Below are positions 10,969 to 21,714 of a stretch of DNA of 64,000 bases, one piece after another (within the stretch, counting starts at the first letter, position 1; each line of letters starts with the position of its first letter). The notes beneath the pieces are model-generated. The model saw only the letters and a program-made list of their open reading frames with translations. It made no database searches and had not been told where the DNA came from. The DNA is from Obrimoposthia wandeli (lineage: Eukaryota), in contig CDROCS010000506.1 in NCBI GenBank assembly GCA_977020255.1, positions 2,666,001 through 2,730,000 of the forward strand, read 5' to 3'. Position numbers and translations under genes: made by a program.

Positions 10969-13866
10969 ATGCGTTTTAATGCTTTTTATAGTGCTGTTGC
11001 ACTGAGATCTTCGATAGTCGTTCTGGGCTCGTCGATAATGCTACTGAGCGGTTGCTCATTGCTGGATAAAGAAAATGATGTAGCAACACTACCTACAGGC
11101 ATGACGCTTGTTGATAAGCAGGTGAAAACGCCAGACAGCTTATTAATACCTTATGAAAAATATAAGCTAAGCAATGGCTTGACTGTGATCTTACATGAAG
11201 ATGATTCAGACCCTTTGACTTATGTCGACATGACCTACCATGTTGGTTCTGCACGTGAAGAGTTGGGGAAATCAGGTTTTGCTCACTTCTTTGAGCATAT
11301 GATGTTTCAAGGCAGTAAAAATGTCGGCGATCAGCAGCATTTTAAAATAGTGAATGAAGCTGGCGGGTCAATGAATGGTAGCACTAATCAAGACCGTACT
11401 AATTACTATCAAACAGTACCAGCCAACCAGCTAGAAAAAATGCTCTGGCTAGAATCTGATCGTATGGGCTTCTTACTCGATGCGGTCGATCAGCGTAAGT
11501 TTGAGATCCAACGTGCAACGGTTAAGAATGAGCGTTCCCAGCGTGTTGATAATCGCCCTTATGGTTTACTCGGTGAGCGTGTTGGTGAAGCGTTATATCC
11601 ACGGGACCATCCTTATGCTTGGCAACCGATTGGTTACGTTGAAGATTTAGATCGTGTTGATGTTAATGATTTAAAACAGTTTTTCTTACGCTGGTATGGG
11701 CCAAATAACGCTACATTAACCATTGCTGGTAAATTTGATAAAGCCGATACCTTAGCTTGGGTGAATAAGTATTTTGCTACTATCCCTGAAGGTCCTGAAG
11801 TAAAAGACGTTGAGCCTGTACCTGTAAGCCTAGATAAAGATCGTTACATTACGTTAGAAGATAACGTGCCTCAGCCAATGCTCTATATAAGTTATCCAAC
11901 GGTATACATGGGCCATAAAGACGAAGCACCATTAGATTTGTTTGCTTATGCCTTGGGCGGTGGTAAAAATTCGGTGTTATATAAAGACCTTGTCGAAACA
12001 GGTTATGCCACTAGTGTAGCGGCTTATCATAGTTGTAGTGAACTGAGTTGTACCTTTGATATTTATACGCAACCTAACCCTGCAAAAGGCATGGAACTAG
12101 CGCCATTACTGGATAAGATCAATACATCGATTAAAAAGTTAGCAGAGCAAGGTATTGCGGATTCTGAAGTAACACGCTTACGTTCAATCATTGAAAGCTC
12201 AACGATATTTGGTATGCAGAGTGTAGCCGGTAAAGCTAAAGAGTTAGCATTAGGCGAAACCTTAATGAATGATCCTAATTATATAACCAAAGGCTTGTCA
12301 GTGTTTAATGATATTCAAGCTGAAGAAGGGATCGCAGGTTATAAAAAATACCTCGAAAACAAACCGAAAGTGATCATGAGTGTGGTGCCAAAGGGACAAT
12401 TACAATACATAGCCCACGAGTCTACATTTAGCCCTGAACCGCGTAATATTGATAAACTTGATACTACGCCAGCTAAAACATTGGCACTACGCACAACGCA
12501 AGACAGCTTTGATCGTTCAATCATGCCTAGTGCGGGTAGTAACCCACAGCAAACATTACCCGAATTGTGGCGTCAAACCTTAGCGAATGATATCCAAGTA
12601 TTGGGAACTGTATATGATGAAACGCCGACTGTCAGCCTACAGATTAATCTGAAAGGCGGTCGACGAGTTGAAAGTTTAGATAATCAAGGCGTTGCTAAGT
12701 TAACAGCCGCGATGATGAATCAATCTACAGCACTGCATTCATCGGCAGAGCTGAATGATCAATTACAATCGTTAGGTAGCAGCATTAATTTCTCTGCGGG
12801 TCTGTATGGTACGGTTATCAGTGTTAATAGTTTGTCTAAGAACTTACCTGCAACACTGGCTATTTTAGAAGAGAAATTATTTAAACCAGGTTTTGTTGAA
12901 GCTGATTTTGTGCGTATCAAAGCACAAACGCGACAAGCATCATTACAGAATCAACAGCGTGTAGGCTGGTTAGGTCAATTAGCGACACAGCGTATCTTAT
13001 ATGGTGAAGAGCGCGTCACAGGTAATCCTTCTTCTGGCTCGCTAGAAAACCAAGCGAACTTAACGGCTGACGATATACTTGATTATTATCAGCAGTATTA
13101 CAATGTAACAGAAGCAAAAGTTGTTGTGGTAGGTGATGTGAGTGAAGCTGATATAACGAAATCGTTGGATTTCTTACAGCAAGGTGCGCGTTTACCCGCT
13201 GTTACTTATCCTACGTTAGTCGATGCACCGTTATGGCAGCCGAATACCTTATATATTGTTGATAAGCCGGATGCAGTACAATCTGTGGTTAAAGTTGTAT
13301 CCCCAGCAATCCCTTATGATGTTACAGGTAATTTCTTTAAAGCTAATTTGATGAACTTTAATTTAGGTGGTAACTTTAATAGCCGTCTAAATCAGAATTT
13401 ACGCGAAGACAAGGGATACACTTATGGGGCGACAACAGGATTTTATGCGGATCGTGAATATGGCTATTTCTCTGCGTCAGCGGATGTTCGCGCTGAAGTA
13501 ACTGGAGATGCCATTAAAGAAACGTTAACAGAATTAGAAGGTTATGTTGATGGTGGCATTACTGATACTGAATTGGCGTACATGAAAAGTGCGGTTTCAC
13601 AGCAAGAAGCATTGTCTTATGAAACTCCGGGGCAAAAGTCTAATTTCTTAATGCAGTTACTGTTATTAGATTTATCTCCTGATTTTGTCGACCAGCAAGC
13701 TAAAATTATCCAAACGATGAATAAGTCTGAAATTCAAGCATTGGCAAAGACTTACTTATCGAGCGATCAATTTTCTGTTATTGTGGTTGGAGATCGTCGG
13801 TTGATTGAAAAGCAGGTGAAAGATTTTGGTTTCGATATTAAAATATTCGACCTGTTAGATAAATAA
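10969..13866 (+). CDS. M16 family zinc peptidase, lipoprotein
   Basis: Inverted HxxEH (HFFEH), NGSTNQDRT, lipobox LSGC; start chosen by AAGGA SD. Confidence 0.9.
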   Translation: MRFNAFYSAVALRSSIVVLGSSIMLLSGCSLLDKENDVATLPTGMTLVDKQVKTPDSLLIPYEKYKLSNGLTVILHEDDSDPLTYVDMTYHVGSAREELGKSGFAHFFEHMMFQGSKNVGDQQHFKIVNEAGGSMNGSTNQDRTNYYQTVPANQLEKMLWLESDRMGFLLDAVDQRKFEIQRATVKNERSQRVDNRPYGLLGERVGEALYPRDHPYAWQPIGYVEDLDRVDVNDLKQFFLRWYGPNNATLTIAGKFDKADTLAWVNKYFATIPEGPEVKDVEPVPVSLDKDRYITLEDNVPQPMLYISYPTVYMGHKDEAPLDLFAYALGGGKNSVLYKDLVETGYATSVAAYHSCSELSCTFDIYTQPNPAKGMELAPLLDKINTSIKKLAEQGIADSEVTRLRSIIESSTIFGMQSVAGKAKELALGETLMNDPNYITKGLSVFNDIQAEEGIAGYKKYLENKPKVIMSVVPKGQLQYIAHESTFSPEPRNIDKLDTTPAKTLALRTTQDSFDRSIMPSAGSNPQQTLPELWRQTLANDIQVLGTVYDETPTVSLQINLKGGRRVESLDNQGVAKLTAAMMNQSTALHSSAELNDQLQSLGSSINFSAGLYGTVISVNSLSKNLPATLAILEEKLFKPGFVEADFVRIKAQTRQASLQNQQRVGWLGQLATQRILYGEERVTGNPSSGSLENQANLTADDILDYYQQYYNVTEAKVVVVGDVSEADITKSLDFLQQGARLPAVTYPTLVDAPLWQPNTLYIVDKPDAVQSVVKVVSPAIPYDVTGNFFKANLMNFNLGGNFNSRLNQNLREDKGYTYGATTGFYADREYGYFSASADVRAEVTGDAIKETLTELEGYVDGGITDTELAYMKSAVSQQEALSYETPGQKSNFLMQLLLLDLSPDFVDQQAKIIQTMNKSEIQALAKTYLSSDQFSVIVVGDRRLIEKQVKDFGFDIKIFDLLDK

Positions 13867-13953
13867 TAGACCTTCAGTTACCCTTAAAGATAGGCTCACA
13901 GATAGCGCTATCTTTAAGGTGCTACTTTTATATAGTTCATTGGTGGATTTAAT

Positions 13954-15546
13954 TTGAACGTTACATTTGAATCTCTGATTTCAAAATTATCAGAGCCAAG
14001 CAATATACAGTCCCTAAACGGCATTACTCGTGGTATTGAACGTGAGTGTTTACGTGTAAATACAGCTGGGGATTTATCTCAAAACGACCATCCTGCAGCG
14101 TTTGGCTCGGCGTTAAGTCATCAGCACATAACCACAGACTATTCTGAAAGCTTATTAGAATTCATTACCCCTGTTAGCGATAGTGCGGCAACAGCGCAGC
14201 AGCAGTTGAGTGATATTCATCGTCATGTAGCAAAAAACATGGACGGCGAATTATTCTGGCCTTCAAGCATGCCTTGTCAGGTTAATGATGAAAACGATAT
14301 ACCGCTGGCGAAATACGGTACATCGAATACTGGTAAAATGAAGCACACCTATCGTATTGGTTTAAAACACCGTTATGGCAGTAGTATGCAGATTATTTCT
14401 GGCTTGCATTATAACGTATCATTGCCGATGGCATTGTGGCAAAAATTGTACGATATAAAAGGTGAAACTGGCGAGTTACAAGATTTTATTTCTCATAGTT
14501 ATATGGGGCTTATTCGTAATTTTTACCGTTTTGGTTGGTTAGTACCTTATCTATTTGGTGCATCACCGGCGTTAAATCGTTCGTTTTTACCCGCTGAAAA
14601 GCAAAAATCGTTTTCATCATTAGGTGAGAATACGATATACATGCCGCATGCAACGTCATTGCGCATGAGTGATATGGGTTATACCAATAATGCGCAAGAC
14701 GATTTAGTTATTTGCCATAATACGTTAGACCAATATACAAATAGTTTGAAAAAAGCAATTAAAACCAAAGCGCCAGAATTTGCGGATATTGGTATTAAGG
14801 TTAATGGCGAATACCGTCAGCTCAATGACAACGTGCTACAAATCGAAAATGAATTGTATGCACCTATTCGACCTAAACGTGTTGCCAAATCAAGTGAAAA
14901 ACCGTCTGAAGCACTTGCTGCTCGTGGTATTGAATATATTGAAATCCGCTCTTTGGATGTCAATCCGTTCACAGCAACGGGTATCACTACTGCGCAAATG
15001 TCAGTATTAGATAGCTTATTAGTTTGGATGGCATTGCAACCGTCTGCACCTATGACGGCTGATGAAATGGCAGTATGCCGTGACAACAGTACGAAAGTAG
15101 TGATGGAAGGACGTAAGCCTGGTTTAACATTAATGTTAGATGATAAACCTCAAGCACTAACTGATGTTGCTAGTCATATTCTTACTGAAGTTCAACAAGT
15201 TGCACAGTTATTAGATGGTGCCCAGTTAGCAACTAATACAGCAGCGAGTAACTTCTCTGACGCTGTTAGTGCTCAACAAGTATTAATTAATAACCCTGAT
15301 GCATTATTGTCAGGTCAGGTACTTGCTGCAATGAAAGAGCAAAGTTTAGAACATAATGATTTCATTTTAAATTTAGCGAATAAATATAAAAAGGAATTGA
15401 TTGCGACAGATTATGAGCATTGGGATGAAGCTTACTTCAACCAAATGCAGCGTGACTCCGTTGCACAGCAACAACAAATTGAAGCCGATGATACAGTCGA
15501 TTTTGATACGTTTTTAGCTGACTATTTTTCTAATACTAAAAAATAG
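13954..15546 (+). CDS. gshA: Glutamate--cysteine ligase
   Basis: RGIERECLRV, ITTDYSESLLEFITP, QIENELYAPIRPK. Confidence 0.97.
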   Translation: MNVTFESLISKLSEPSNIQSLNGITRGIERECLRVNTAGDLSQNDHPAAFGSALSHQHITTDYSESLLEFITPVSDSAATAQQQLSDIHRHVAKNMDGELFWPSSMPCQVNDENDIPLAKYGTSNTGKMKHTYRIGLKHRYGSSMQIISGLHYNVSLPMALWQKLYDIKGETGELQDFISHSYMGLIRNFYRFGWLVPYLFGASPALNRSFLPAEKQKSFSSLGENTIYMPHATSLRMSDMGYTNNAQDDLVICHNTLDQYTNSLKKAIKTKAPEFADIGIKVNGEYRQLNDNVLQIENELYAPIRPKRVAKSSEKPSEALAARGIEYIEIRSLDVNPFTATGITTAQMSVLDSLLVWMALQPSAPMTADEMAVCRDNSTKVVMEGRKPGLTLMLDDKPQALTDVASHILTEVQQVAQLLDGAQLATNTAASNFSDAVSAQQVLINNPDALLSGQVLAAMKEQSLEHNDFILNLANKYKKELIATDYEHWDEAYFNQMQRDSVAQQQQIEADDTVDFDTFLADYFSNTKK

Positions 15547-15548
15547 AC

Positions 15549-15600
15549 AAAAAAAAGAGCCTAAATAAGGCTCCAAAAAATGAAAAAACAACTCTTGCAC
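15549..15600 (-). ncRNA. Candidate sigmaE-dependent sRNA, copy 1 (MicA genomic position)
   Basis: Minus strand GAACCA-16 bp-TCTGA promoter (15631-15605), ~50-nt body ending in GAGCCT/AGGCTC hairpin plus U run. Confidence 0.7.
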
Positions 15601-15661
15601 TTAATCAGACTACAGGATGTAGTTATGGTTCATAAATAATTGTAAAAGTTGAAAAATAGAT

Positions 15662-15714
15662 AAAAAAAAGGAGCCTTAATAGGGCTCCAAAAAATGAAAA
15701 AACAACTCTTGCAC
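15662..15714 (-). ncRNA. Candidate sigmaE-dependent sRNA, copy 2
   Basis: Minus strand GAACCA-16 bp-TCAGA promoter (15745-15719), same 5' body as copy 1, GGAGCC/GGCTCC terminator plus U run. Confidence 0.7.
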
Positions 15715-15791
15715 CTAATCTGACTACAGCATTAAGCAATGGTTCATAAAATTATTATTGTTTTTTAAATTATTTCAACGGAGTGTTAATA

Positions 15792-16301
15792 ATGCCATTA
15801 CTGGATAGTTTTACGGTCGACCATACCATCATGAATGCACCCGCAGTGCGTATAGCTAAGACAATGGCAACACCAAGCAAAGATACCATTACTGTCTTTG
15901 ATTTGCGTTTCTGTGTACCAAATAAAGAGATTTTAAGTGAAAAGGGTATTCATACCTTAGAGCATCTTTATGCTGGTTTTATGCGTGATCACCTTAATTC
16001 AGCAACGGTCGAGATTATTGACCTGTCGCCAATGGGTTGTCGTACTGGTTTTTACATGAGTTTGATTGGAGCCCCGACTGAGCAACAAGTTGCAGATGCT
16101 TGGTTAGCAGCAATGAAAGATGTATTAACGGTTAAAGATCAAAATGCCATTCCAGAATTAAACGAATATCAATGTGGTACTTACCAGATGCATTCGTTAG
16201 ATGAAGCAAAGCAAATTGCCCAGGCGATTGTGACAGCGGGTATTGGCGTTAATCAAAATGATGATTTGTTGTTAGCAGATGAAATTCTAAATAAATTATA
16301 A
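15792..16301 (+). CDS. luxS: S-ribosylhomocysteine lyase (AI-2 synthase)
   Basis: [27 protein letters not shown]. Confidence 0.98.
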   Translation: MPLLDSFTVDHTIMNAPAVRIAKTMATPSKDTITVFDLRFCVPNKEILSEKGIHTLEHLYAGFMRDHLNSATVEIIDLSPMGCRTGFYMSLIGAPTEQQVADAWLAAMKDVLTVKDQNAIPELNEYQCGTYQMHSLDEAKQIAQAIVTAGIGVNQNDDLLLADEILNKL

Positions 16302-16337
16302 TATTTACATCTTTTTAATGTGAAAATCATACTATGG

Positions 16338-16363
16338 AAGGCGACGATTGAGTCGTCTTTTTT
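16338..16363 (+). terminator. Terminator after luxS
   Basis: AAGGCGAC/GTCGTCTT plus T run. Confidence 0.75.
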
Positions 16364-16417
16364 ATTTATATTGTTAAAGCATTATTTTAATCAATAAATA
16401 GTAAAATAGGAGTGTTT

Positions 16418-17017
16418 ATGAAAACACGATATTTGATGAATAAAAAAGGTTACTTGGTGGCTTTGTTTAGTTTGGCGCTAACAGCATGTTCAAGCGTTAG
16501 TGTGAGTACTGATTATGATCAAGACGCTGACTTTAGCGAATTAAAAGGCTTTAATTGGTTGCCTAAGTCGGCAGTGGTTGAGAAAGAAAGTGCTTATCTG
16601 AATAACCGCATCATGGATGTACGTATAACGAAAGCGATTGATAAACAATTAGTCGCGCAAGGTTTTAAGTTTGCTAGTACGGCTGATTTTTATATCAACT
16701 ACAGTATTACGTCAGAAAAGAAAACCGACATCCGTAGTTATGATAACTATTCTGGTTATGGACCAAGTTGGGGATGGGGCGTAGGTTATGGCCATCGCGG
16801 TATGTCACTGAGCGCGAGCACCGAGACGCGTATTGATGAATATCAACAAGGCAGTCTTATTATTGATGTTATCGATCCGAAGAGCTTAGAATTAATTTGG
16901 CGTGGTGTTGGTAGTAAGCGTCTACCAGAATCGACGGATGCGGCTGAGATGGATAAGTTAGTTGCTCACATTGTGAAGAATATCTTAGATAAATTCCCGC
17001 CTAAAGCTGGTAAATAA
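16418..17017 (+). CDS. DUF4136-type lipoprotein
   Basis: Lipobox LTAC, DYDQDADFS, YQQGSLIIDVID...LIWRG. Confidence 0.8.
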   Translation: MKTRYLMNKKGYLVALFSLALTACSSVSVSTDYDQDADFSELKGFNWLPKSAVVEKESAYLNNRIMDVRITKAIDKQLVAQGFKFASTADFYINYSITSEKKTDIRSYDNYSGYGPSWGWGVGYGHRGMSLSASTETRIDEYQQGSLIIDVIDPKSLELIWRGVGSKRLPESTDAAEMDKLVAHIVKNILDKFPPKAGK

Positions 17018-17061
17018 TACCGTAATGCTAAGTGGGCTTTATTGCTCATTGTGTATGAGGC

Positions 17062-17094
17062 AAAAAAATGAGCAACCTAGGTTGCTCATTTTTT
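17062..17094. terminator. Bidirectional terminator
   Basis: A7-TGAGCAAC/GTTGCTCA-T run between convergent genes. Confidence 0.85.
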
Positions 17095-17150
17095 ATAACA
17101 TCAATTTATAACATCAACATAGCGATTAGCTACAGGTGTTATTTTCTATG

Positions 17151-18440
17151 CTACTTTTGGTTTTCACGTGCGATAGCGCGGTAAGCAATATCGGTACGGT
17201 AGAAGGCACCTTGCCATTTGATTTGTGCCGCTAGCTTGTAAGCGTTTTCTTGCGCTTCAGTCACTGTATTTCCTAGTGCTGTAGCACAAAGTACACGGCC
17301 ACCGTTTGTCACGATGTTATCGCCTTGCAATGCTGTACCAGCATGGAAAACTTTACTTTCTGTTGAGTCTGCTGTTGGTAGACCGGTAATGATGTCGCCT
17401 TTTGCGTAGTCAGCAGGATAACCGCCAGCCGCAATAACAACACCAACCGCTGCACGTTCGTCATAATCAGCGGTTACTGTATCTAATTTACCTGCAACAG
17501 CAGCAAGACAAAGTTCAACAAGGTCTGATTTTAAACGCATCATGATAGGTTGTGTTTCTGGATCACCAAAACGACAGTTATATTCTAATACTTTTGCTGT
17601 GCCATCTGGTGCAACCATCAGACCAGCGTAAAGGAAACCTGTGTAGGTATTACCTTCTGCTTTCATGCCATCAACGGTTGGACGAATAACTTCGTTCATA
17701 GCAAAGTCATGTACAGCTTGAGTTACCACTGGTGCTGGTGAGTAAGCACCCATACCACCTGTGTTTGGACCTTTATCGCCATTATCACGGGCTTTATGGT
17801 CTTGGCTTGTTGCTAGCGCTAGAATATTCTCGCCATCAACCATCACAATGAAACTTGCTTCTTCACCTGTTAGGAATTCTTCAACCACAACACGCGCGCC
17901 AGCATCACCAAACTTATTGCCTTCAAGCATGTCGTCAATCGCGTCAAATGCTTGTGCTTCGGTTTCAGCGATGATCACGCCTTTACCTGCAGCTAGGCCG
18001 TCTGCTTTAATCACGATAGGGCAACCCATTTTACTTACATACGCTTTTGCTGGTGCGATTTCAGTAAAGTTTTGGTATGCCGCTGTTGGGATGTTGTGAC
18101 GAGCAAAGAAGTCTTTTGAGAATGCTTTTGAGCCTTCTAGTTGCGCAGCGCCTTGTGTTGGACCAAAGATAGCTAAACCTTCAGCTTGGAATGCATCAAC
18201 AACACCAAGTACAAGCGGAACTTCAGGACCTACAATTGTTAATTCAATGCTGTTTTCTTTAGCAAATGCAACCAATGCTGGAATATCTTCAACTTGGATG
18301 GGTACATTCTTACATTTGTTTTCGAGTGAAGAACCAATATTACCCGGTGCGATAAATACTGTTTCAACTTGTTTAGACTGAGCCGCTTTCCAACCTAGGG
18401 CGTGTTCACGACCACCGCCACCAATAATTAATACGTTCAT
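17151..18440 (-). CDS. purD: Phosphoribosylamine--glycine ligase
   Basis: IGGGGREHAL, KADGLAAGKGV, GPNTGGMGAYSP. Confidence 0.98.
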   Translation of the reverse strand: MNVLIIGGGGREHALGWKAAQSKQVETVFIAPGNIGSSLENKCKNVPIQVEDIPALVAFAKENSIELTIVGPEVPLVLGVVDAFQAEGLAIFGPTQGAAQLEGSKAFSKDFFARHNIPTAAYQNFTEIAPAKAYVSKMGCPIVIKADGLAAGKGVIIAETEAQAFDAIDDMLEGNKFGDAGARVVVEEFLTGEEASFIVMVDGENILALATSQDHKARDNGDKGPNTGGMGAYSPAPVVTQAVHDFAMNEVIRPTVDGMKAEGNTYTGFLYAGLMVAPDGTAKVLEYNCRFGDPETQPIMMRLKSDLVELCLAAVAGKLDTVTADYDERAAVGVVIAAGGYPADYAKGDIITGLPTADSTESKVFHAGTALQGDNIVTNGGRVLCATALGNTVTEAQENAYKLAAQIKWQGAFYRTDIAYRAIARENQK

Positions 18441-18590
18441 AATGCTGTTATTCCTTTTACTTTATGCGCTAATCTTGGCGGTACTCTACGAGACTTAACA
18501 AGATTTATAATTGAGTGAGAGCAGTACAGTAAGAGTGATGTGTGTCAAAACTCTTACTGTATTTTAACTTATGTGCACTTGCCTAAAGGC

Positions 18591-20183
18591 TTAGTGACGG
18601 AAGTGACGCATGCCTGTGAAGATCATCGTCATACCGTGTTCGTTAGCCGCATCGATAATTTCATTATCACGGATTGAACCACCAGGTTGGATAACACATT
18701 TAATACCCGCAGCCGCTGCAGCATCAATGCCGTCACGGAATGGGAAGAATGCATCAGATGCCATTACTGAACCTTCAACAACTAGACCTTCGTCAGACGC
18801 TTTGATTCCAGCAATTTTAGCACTGTAAACACGGCTCATTTGGCCAGCACCAACACCCACTGTTACGCCATCTTTTGCGTAAACAATCGCGTTTGATTTA
18901 ACAAACTTAGCTACTTTCCAGCAGAATAGTAGGTCAGTCAGTTCTTGCTCTGAAGGTTGACGTTCAGATACAACTGTTAAATCATCTAGGCTGATCATGC
19001 CACGGTCACGGTCTTGTACTAATACACCGCCGTTAACACGTTTAATGTCGAATTCGCCGTTTTTGCTAGTCCATTCACCGCACTCAAGTAAACGTACGTT
19101 TTTCTTGGTTGCAACAATCGCACTTGCTTCAGCGCTTACTGATGGGGCAATGATTACTTCAGTGAATTGACGGTCAACGATTGCTTGTGCAGTTACTGCG
19201 TCAAGTTCACGGTTGAAAGCAATGATGCCACCAAATGCTGACGTAGGGTCTGTTTTAAATGCGCTGTCGTAAGCACTTAAGATATCGTCGCCAATCGCAA
19301 CACCACATGGGTTTGCGTGCTTAACGATAACACAAGCTGGCTTATCAAATTCTTTAACACACTCTAATGCAGAATCTGTGTCAGCGATGTTGTTATAAGA
19401 TAATGCTTTACCTTGTAACTGTTTAGCTGTTGCTACAGACGCTTCAGTGGTGTTTTTCTCAACATAGAATGCGGCTTCTTGGTGGCTGTTTTCACCGTAA
19501 CGCATGTCTTGTTTTTTGATAAACTGAGAGTTAAATGTACGTGGGAATTTTGATTCTTCATCGCCATCAGTGTTGTCACCGTAGCTCGGAACCATAGTAC
19601 CGAAGTAGTTTGCGATCATACCGTCATAAGCAGCTGTGTGCTCAAATGCAGCAATAGCAAGATCGAAACGGGTTTTATGTGTTAGAGAAGTATCGTTTGC
19701 AGACATTTCACTTAATACGCGGTCATAATCGCTAGCGTTAACGACAATAGTCACGTCTTTGTGGTTTTTAGCTGCAGAGCGAACCATTGTTGGACCACCG
19801 ATGTCGATATTCTCAACGGCGTCAGCAAGGCTGCAATCTGGATTGGCAACAGTGTTGGCAAATGGGTAAAGGTTAACAACTACAATATCAATTGGCTTGA
19901 TACCGTGCTCTGACATAACATCAACATCAATATCACGACGGCCAAGAATGCCACCATGTACTTTTGGATGCAGCGTTTTAACACGACCATCCATCATTTC
20001 TGGATGACCTGTATAGTCAGAAACTTCTATTACTGGGATGTCATTTTCAGCTAATAACTTAGCTGTCCCGCCAGTAGATAATAATTCGACACCTTGTGCT
20101 ACTAGGCCTCGAGAAAATTCTACAATACCAGTTTTATCAGACACACTGATAAGTGCACGGCGAATAGGTCGAGCGTTGTCCAT
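18591..20183 (-). CDS. purH: Bifunctional AICAR formyltransferase/IMP cyclohydrolase
   Basis: [34 protein letters not shown]. Confidence 0.98.
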   Translation of the reverse strand: MDNARPIRRALISVSDKTGIVEFSRGLVAQGVELLSTGGTAKLLAENDIPVIEVSDYTGHPEMMDGRVKTLHPKVHGGILGRRDIDVDVMSEHGIKPIDIVVVNLYPFANTVANPDCSLADAVENIDIGGPTMVRSAAKNHKDVTIVVNASDYDRVLSEMSANDTSLTHKTRFDLAIAAFEHTAAYDGMIANYFGTMVPSYGDNTDGDEESKFPRTFNSQFIKKQDMRYGENSHQEAAFYVEKNTTEASVATAKQLQGKALSYNNIADTDSALECVKEFDKPACVIVKHANPCGVAIGDDILSAYDSAFKTDPTSAFGGIIAFNRELDAVTAQAIVDRQFTEVIIAPSVSAEASAIVATKKNVRLLECGEWTSKNGEFDIKRVNGGVLVQDRDRGMISLDDLTVVSERQPSEQELTDLLFCWKVAKFVKSNAIVYAKDGVTVGVGAGQMSRVYSAKIAGIKASDEGLVVEGSVMASDAFFPFRDGIDAAAAAGIKCVIQPGGSIRDNEIIDAANEHGMTMIFTGMRHFRH

Positions 20184-20557
20184 TTTACGATTACCTCAAA
20201 GTACATTTTTATAGAAGGATGTTTTCGGAAAAGGTCACTTTGGCCTCTTACGGAAACATCCTGCACTATATCCCTTCTATACCTACTGACTTTATGCCGC
20301 AATGTGCTTGCTAAAGTGTTCTAGATATATAACGTACCGCAGATGGGGGGCATTCTAACTGAAAATTAATTCATTGTGTCGATTTTTTCATAAAAAATTC
20401 ATCAACAGACTGTTTATATTTTTAATTGAATTAACTAAATACAATCAAGCGACAAGTTGAGTACAATATTACAGACTAGGTAAGTACAATTAGATTTAGT
20501 TGACCCGTTAGTCAGATATTACAAGCGCTTGCATCAATTTTCAGTAAATTGTCACTG

Positions 20558-21157
20558 TTACTTTTTTTTCTTTTTATGCCAAATTTTACTTTCTTCCCCA
20601 CGAAACAAACGCATGATGTTGTCGTAGTGACGTAAGATAATAAGGCAAGATAGCATCGCCACTGGCAAAGTGTATTGGGCTTTGAATATTAAGGTATAGA
20701 TAGGGGCGAAGAGCGCGGTAAAAATAGCCGCTGCAGAAGAGTAACCTGTTACTGCTAAAGATAATAACCAGCTCGCGACAATCGATGCGCCTAAATCAAA
20801 ACCGATCGTTAACAGCGCGCCAAATGCGGTAGCGACGCCTTTACCACCTTGAAAGTGGAAGAAAATGGGATAAATATGACCAAGACAAGCCGCGATGGCT
20901 GTGAGCCCAAGAAAAAATGGTGTGAGATTTAAGTACCATGCTAACCAAACGGGTAGTGCGCCTTTGAGCATATCAAAAAACAAGACTAAACCGGCAGCAA
21001 ATTTATTGCCTGAACGTAATACGTTGGTTGCACCTGGATTGAGTGAACCGTATTTCCGTGGATCAGGTAAGCGAAATAGTCGGCAAATGAGGATTGCTGA
21101 AGAAATAGAACCTAGCAGATAGGCGAAAATGATAAAGATTAAGCTCAATAGGGTCAT
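20558..21157 (-). CDS. plsY: Glycerol-3-phosphate acyltransferase
   Basis: [21 protein letters not shown]. Confidence 0.96.
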   Translation of the reverse strand: MTLLSLIFIIFAYLLGSISSAILICRLFRLPDPRKYGSLNPGATNVLRSGNKFAAGLVLFFDMLKGALPVWLAWYLNLTPFFLGLTAIAACLGHIYPIFFHFQGGKGVATAFGALLTIGFDLGASIVASWLLSLAVTGYSSAAAIFTALFAPIYTLIFKAQYTLPVAMLSCLIILRHYDNIMRLFRGEESKIWHKKKKK

Positions 21158-21345
21158 TACTGATTAATTCTTCTCTAGGTTTGCTGTATTATTGCATGAT
21201 TATAGCGATTAATAAATTGCGTGCTGCCACAAGGCTGACAATTACGTAGTTTATTATCAATATAAATAACATTGAGAAACCTATCATACGCGTTTTCTAT
21301 TCGCGAGGGTATCCGACCTCTATCAAGTTTATTACGGACGAGCTC

Positions 21346-21714
21346 ATGGACATTGTATTTATTGAAAAATTGGAAGTTTTTACCACAATCGGTGTATACG
21401 ATTGGGAGAAAGAGATAATTCAGCGCTTAGTCTTTGATTTGCAGATGGCACATGATAATCGCCCGTCAGCATTGACGGATGATATCACCAAAGCATTGGA
21501 TTATTCAGCAGTCGCGAAAGTGGTTACTGATTTTGCACAAGGCAATATTTTTGAATTGGTTGAGACAATGGCCGAGCAAGTGGCTGAACTATTAATGACA
21601 ACCTTTGGTATTCCTTGGATCAGCTTAAAATTGAGCAAGCCGGGTGCCGTTGCGAATGCCGCAACGGTTGGTGTCTACATTGAACGTGGTCAACGTGATG
21701 GATCGTTAGCGTAA
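21346..21714 (+). CDS. folB: Dihydroneopterin aldolase
   Basis: MDIVFIEKL..IGVYDWE..ALDYS..ELVE. Confidence 0.95.
   Translation: MDIVFIEKLEVFTTIGVYDWEKEIIQRLVFDLQMAHDNRPSALTDDITKALDYSAVAKVVTDFAQGNIFELVETMAEQVAELLMTTFGIPWISLKLSKPGAVANAATVGVYIERGQRDGSLA

Noticed and set aside
15580-15723. Plus-strand small peptides MKKQLLHLI...
   Set aside because: Copy 1 gives 19 aa and copy 2 stops after 9 aa; no SD; conservation fits the minus-strand promoter and terminator instead
20184-20360. ZTP (pfl) riboswitch or PurR box before purH
   Set aside because: Conserved cores not recognisable; kept only as an unassigned hairpin
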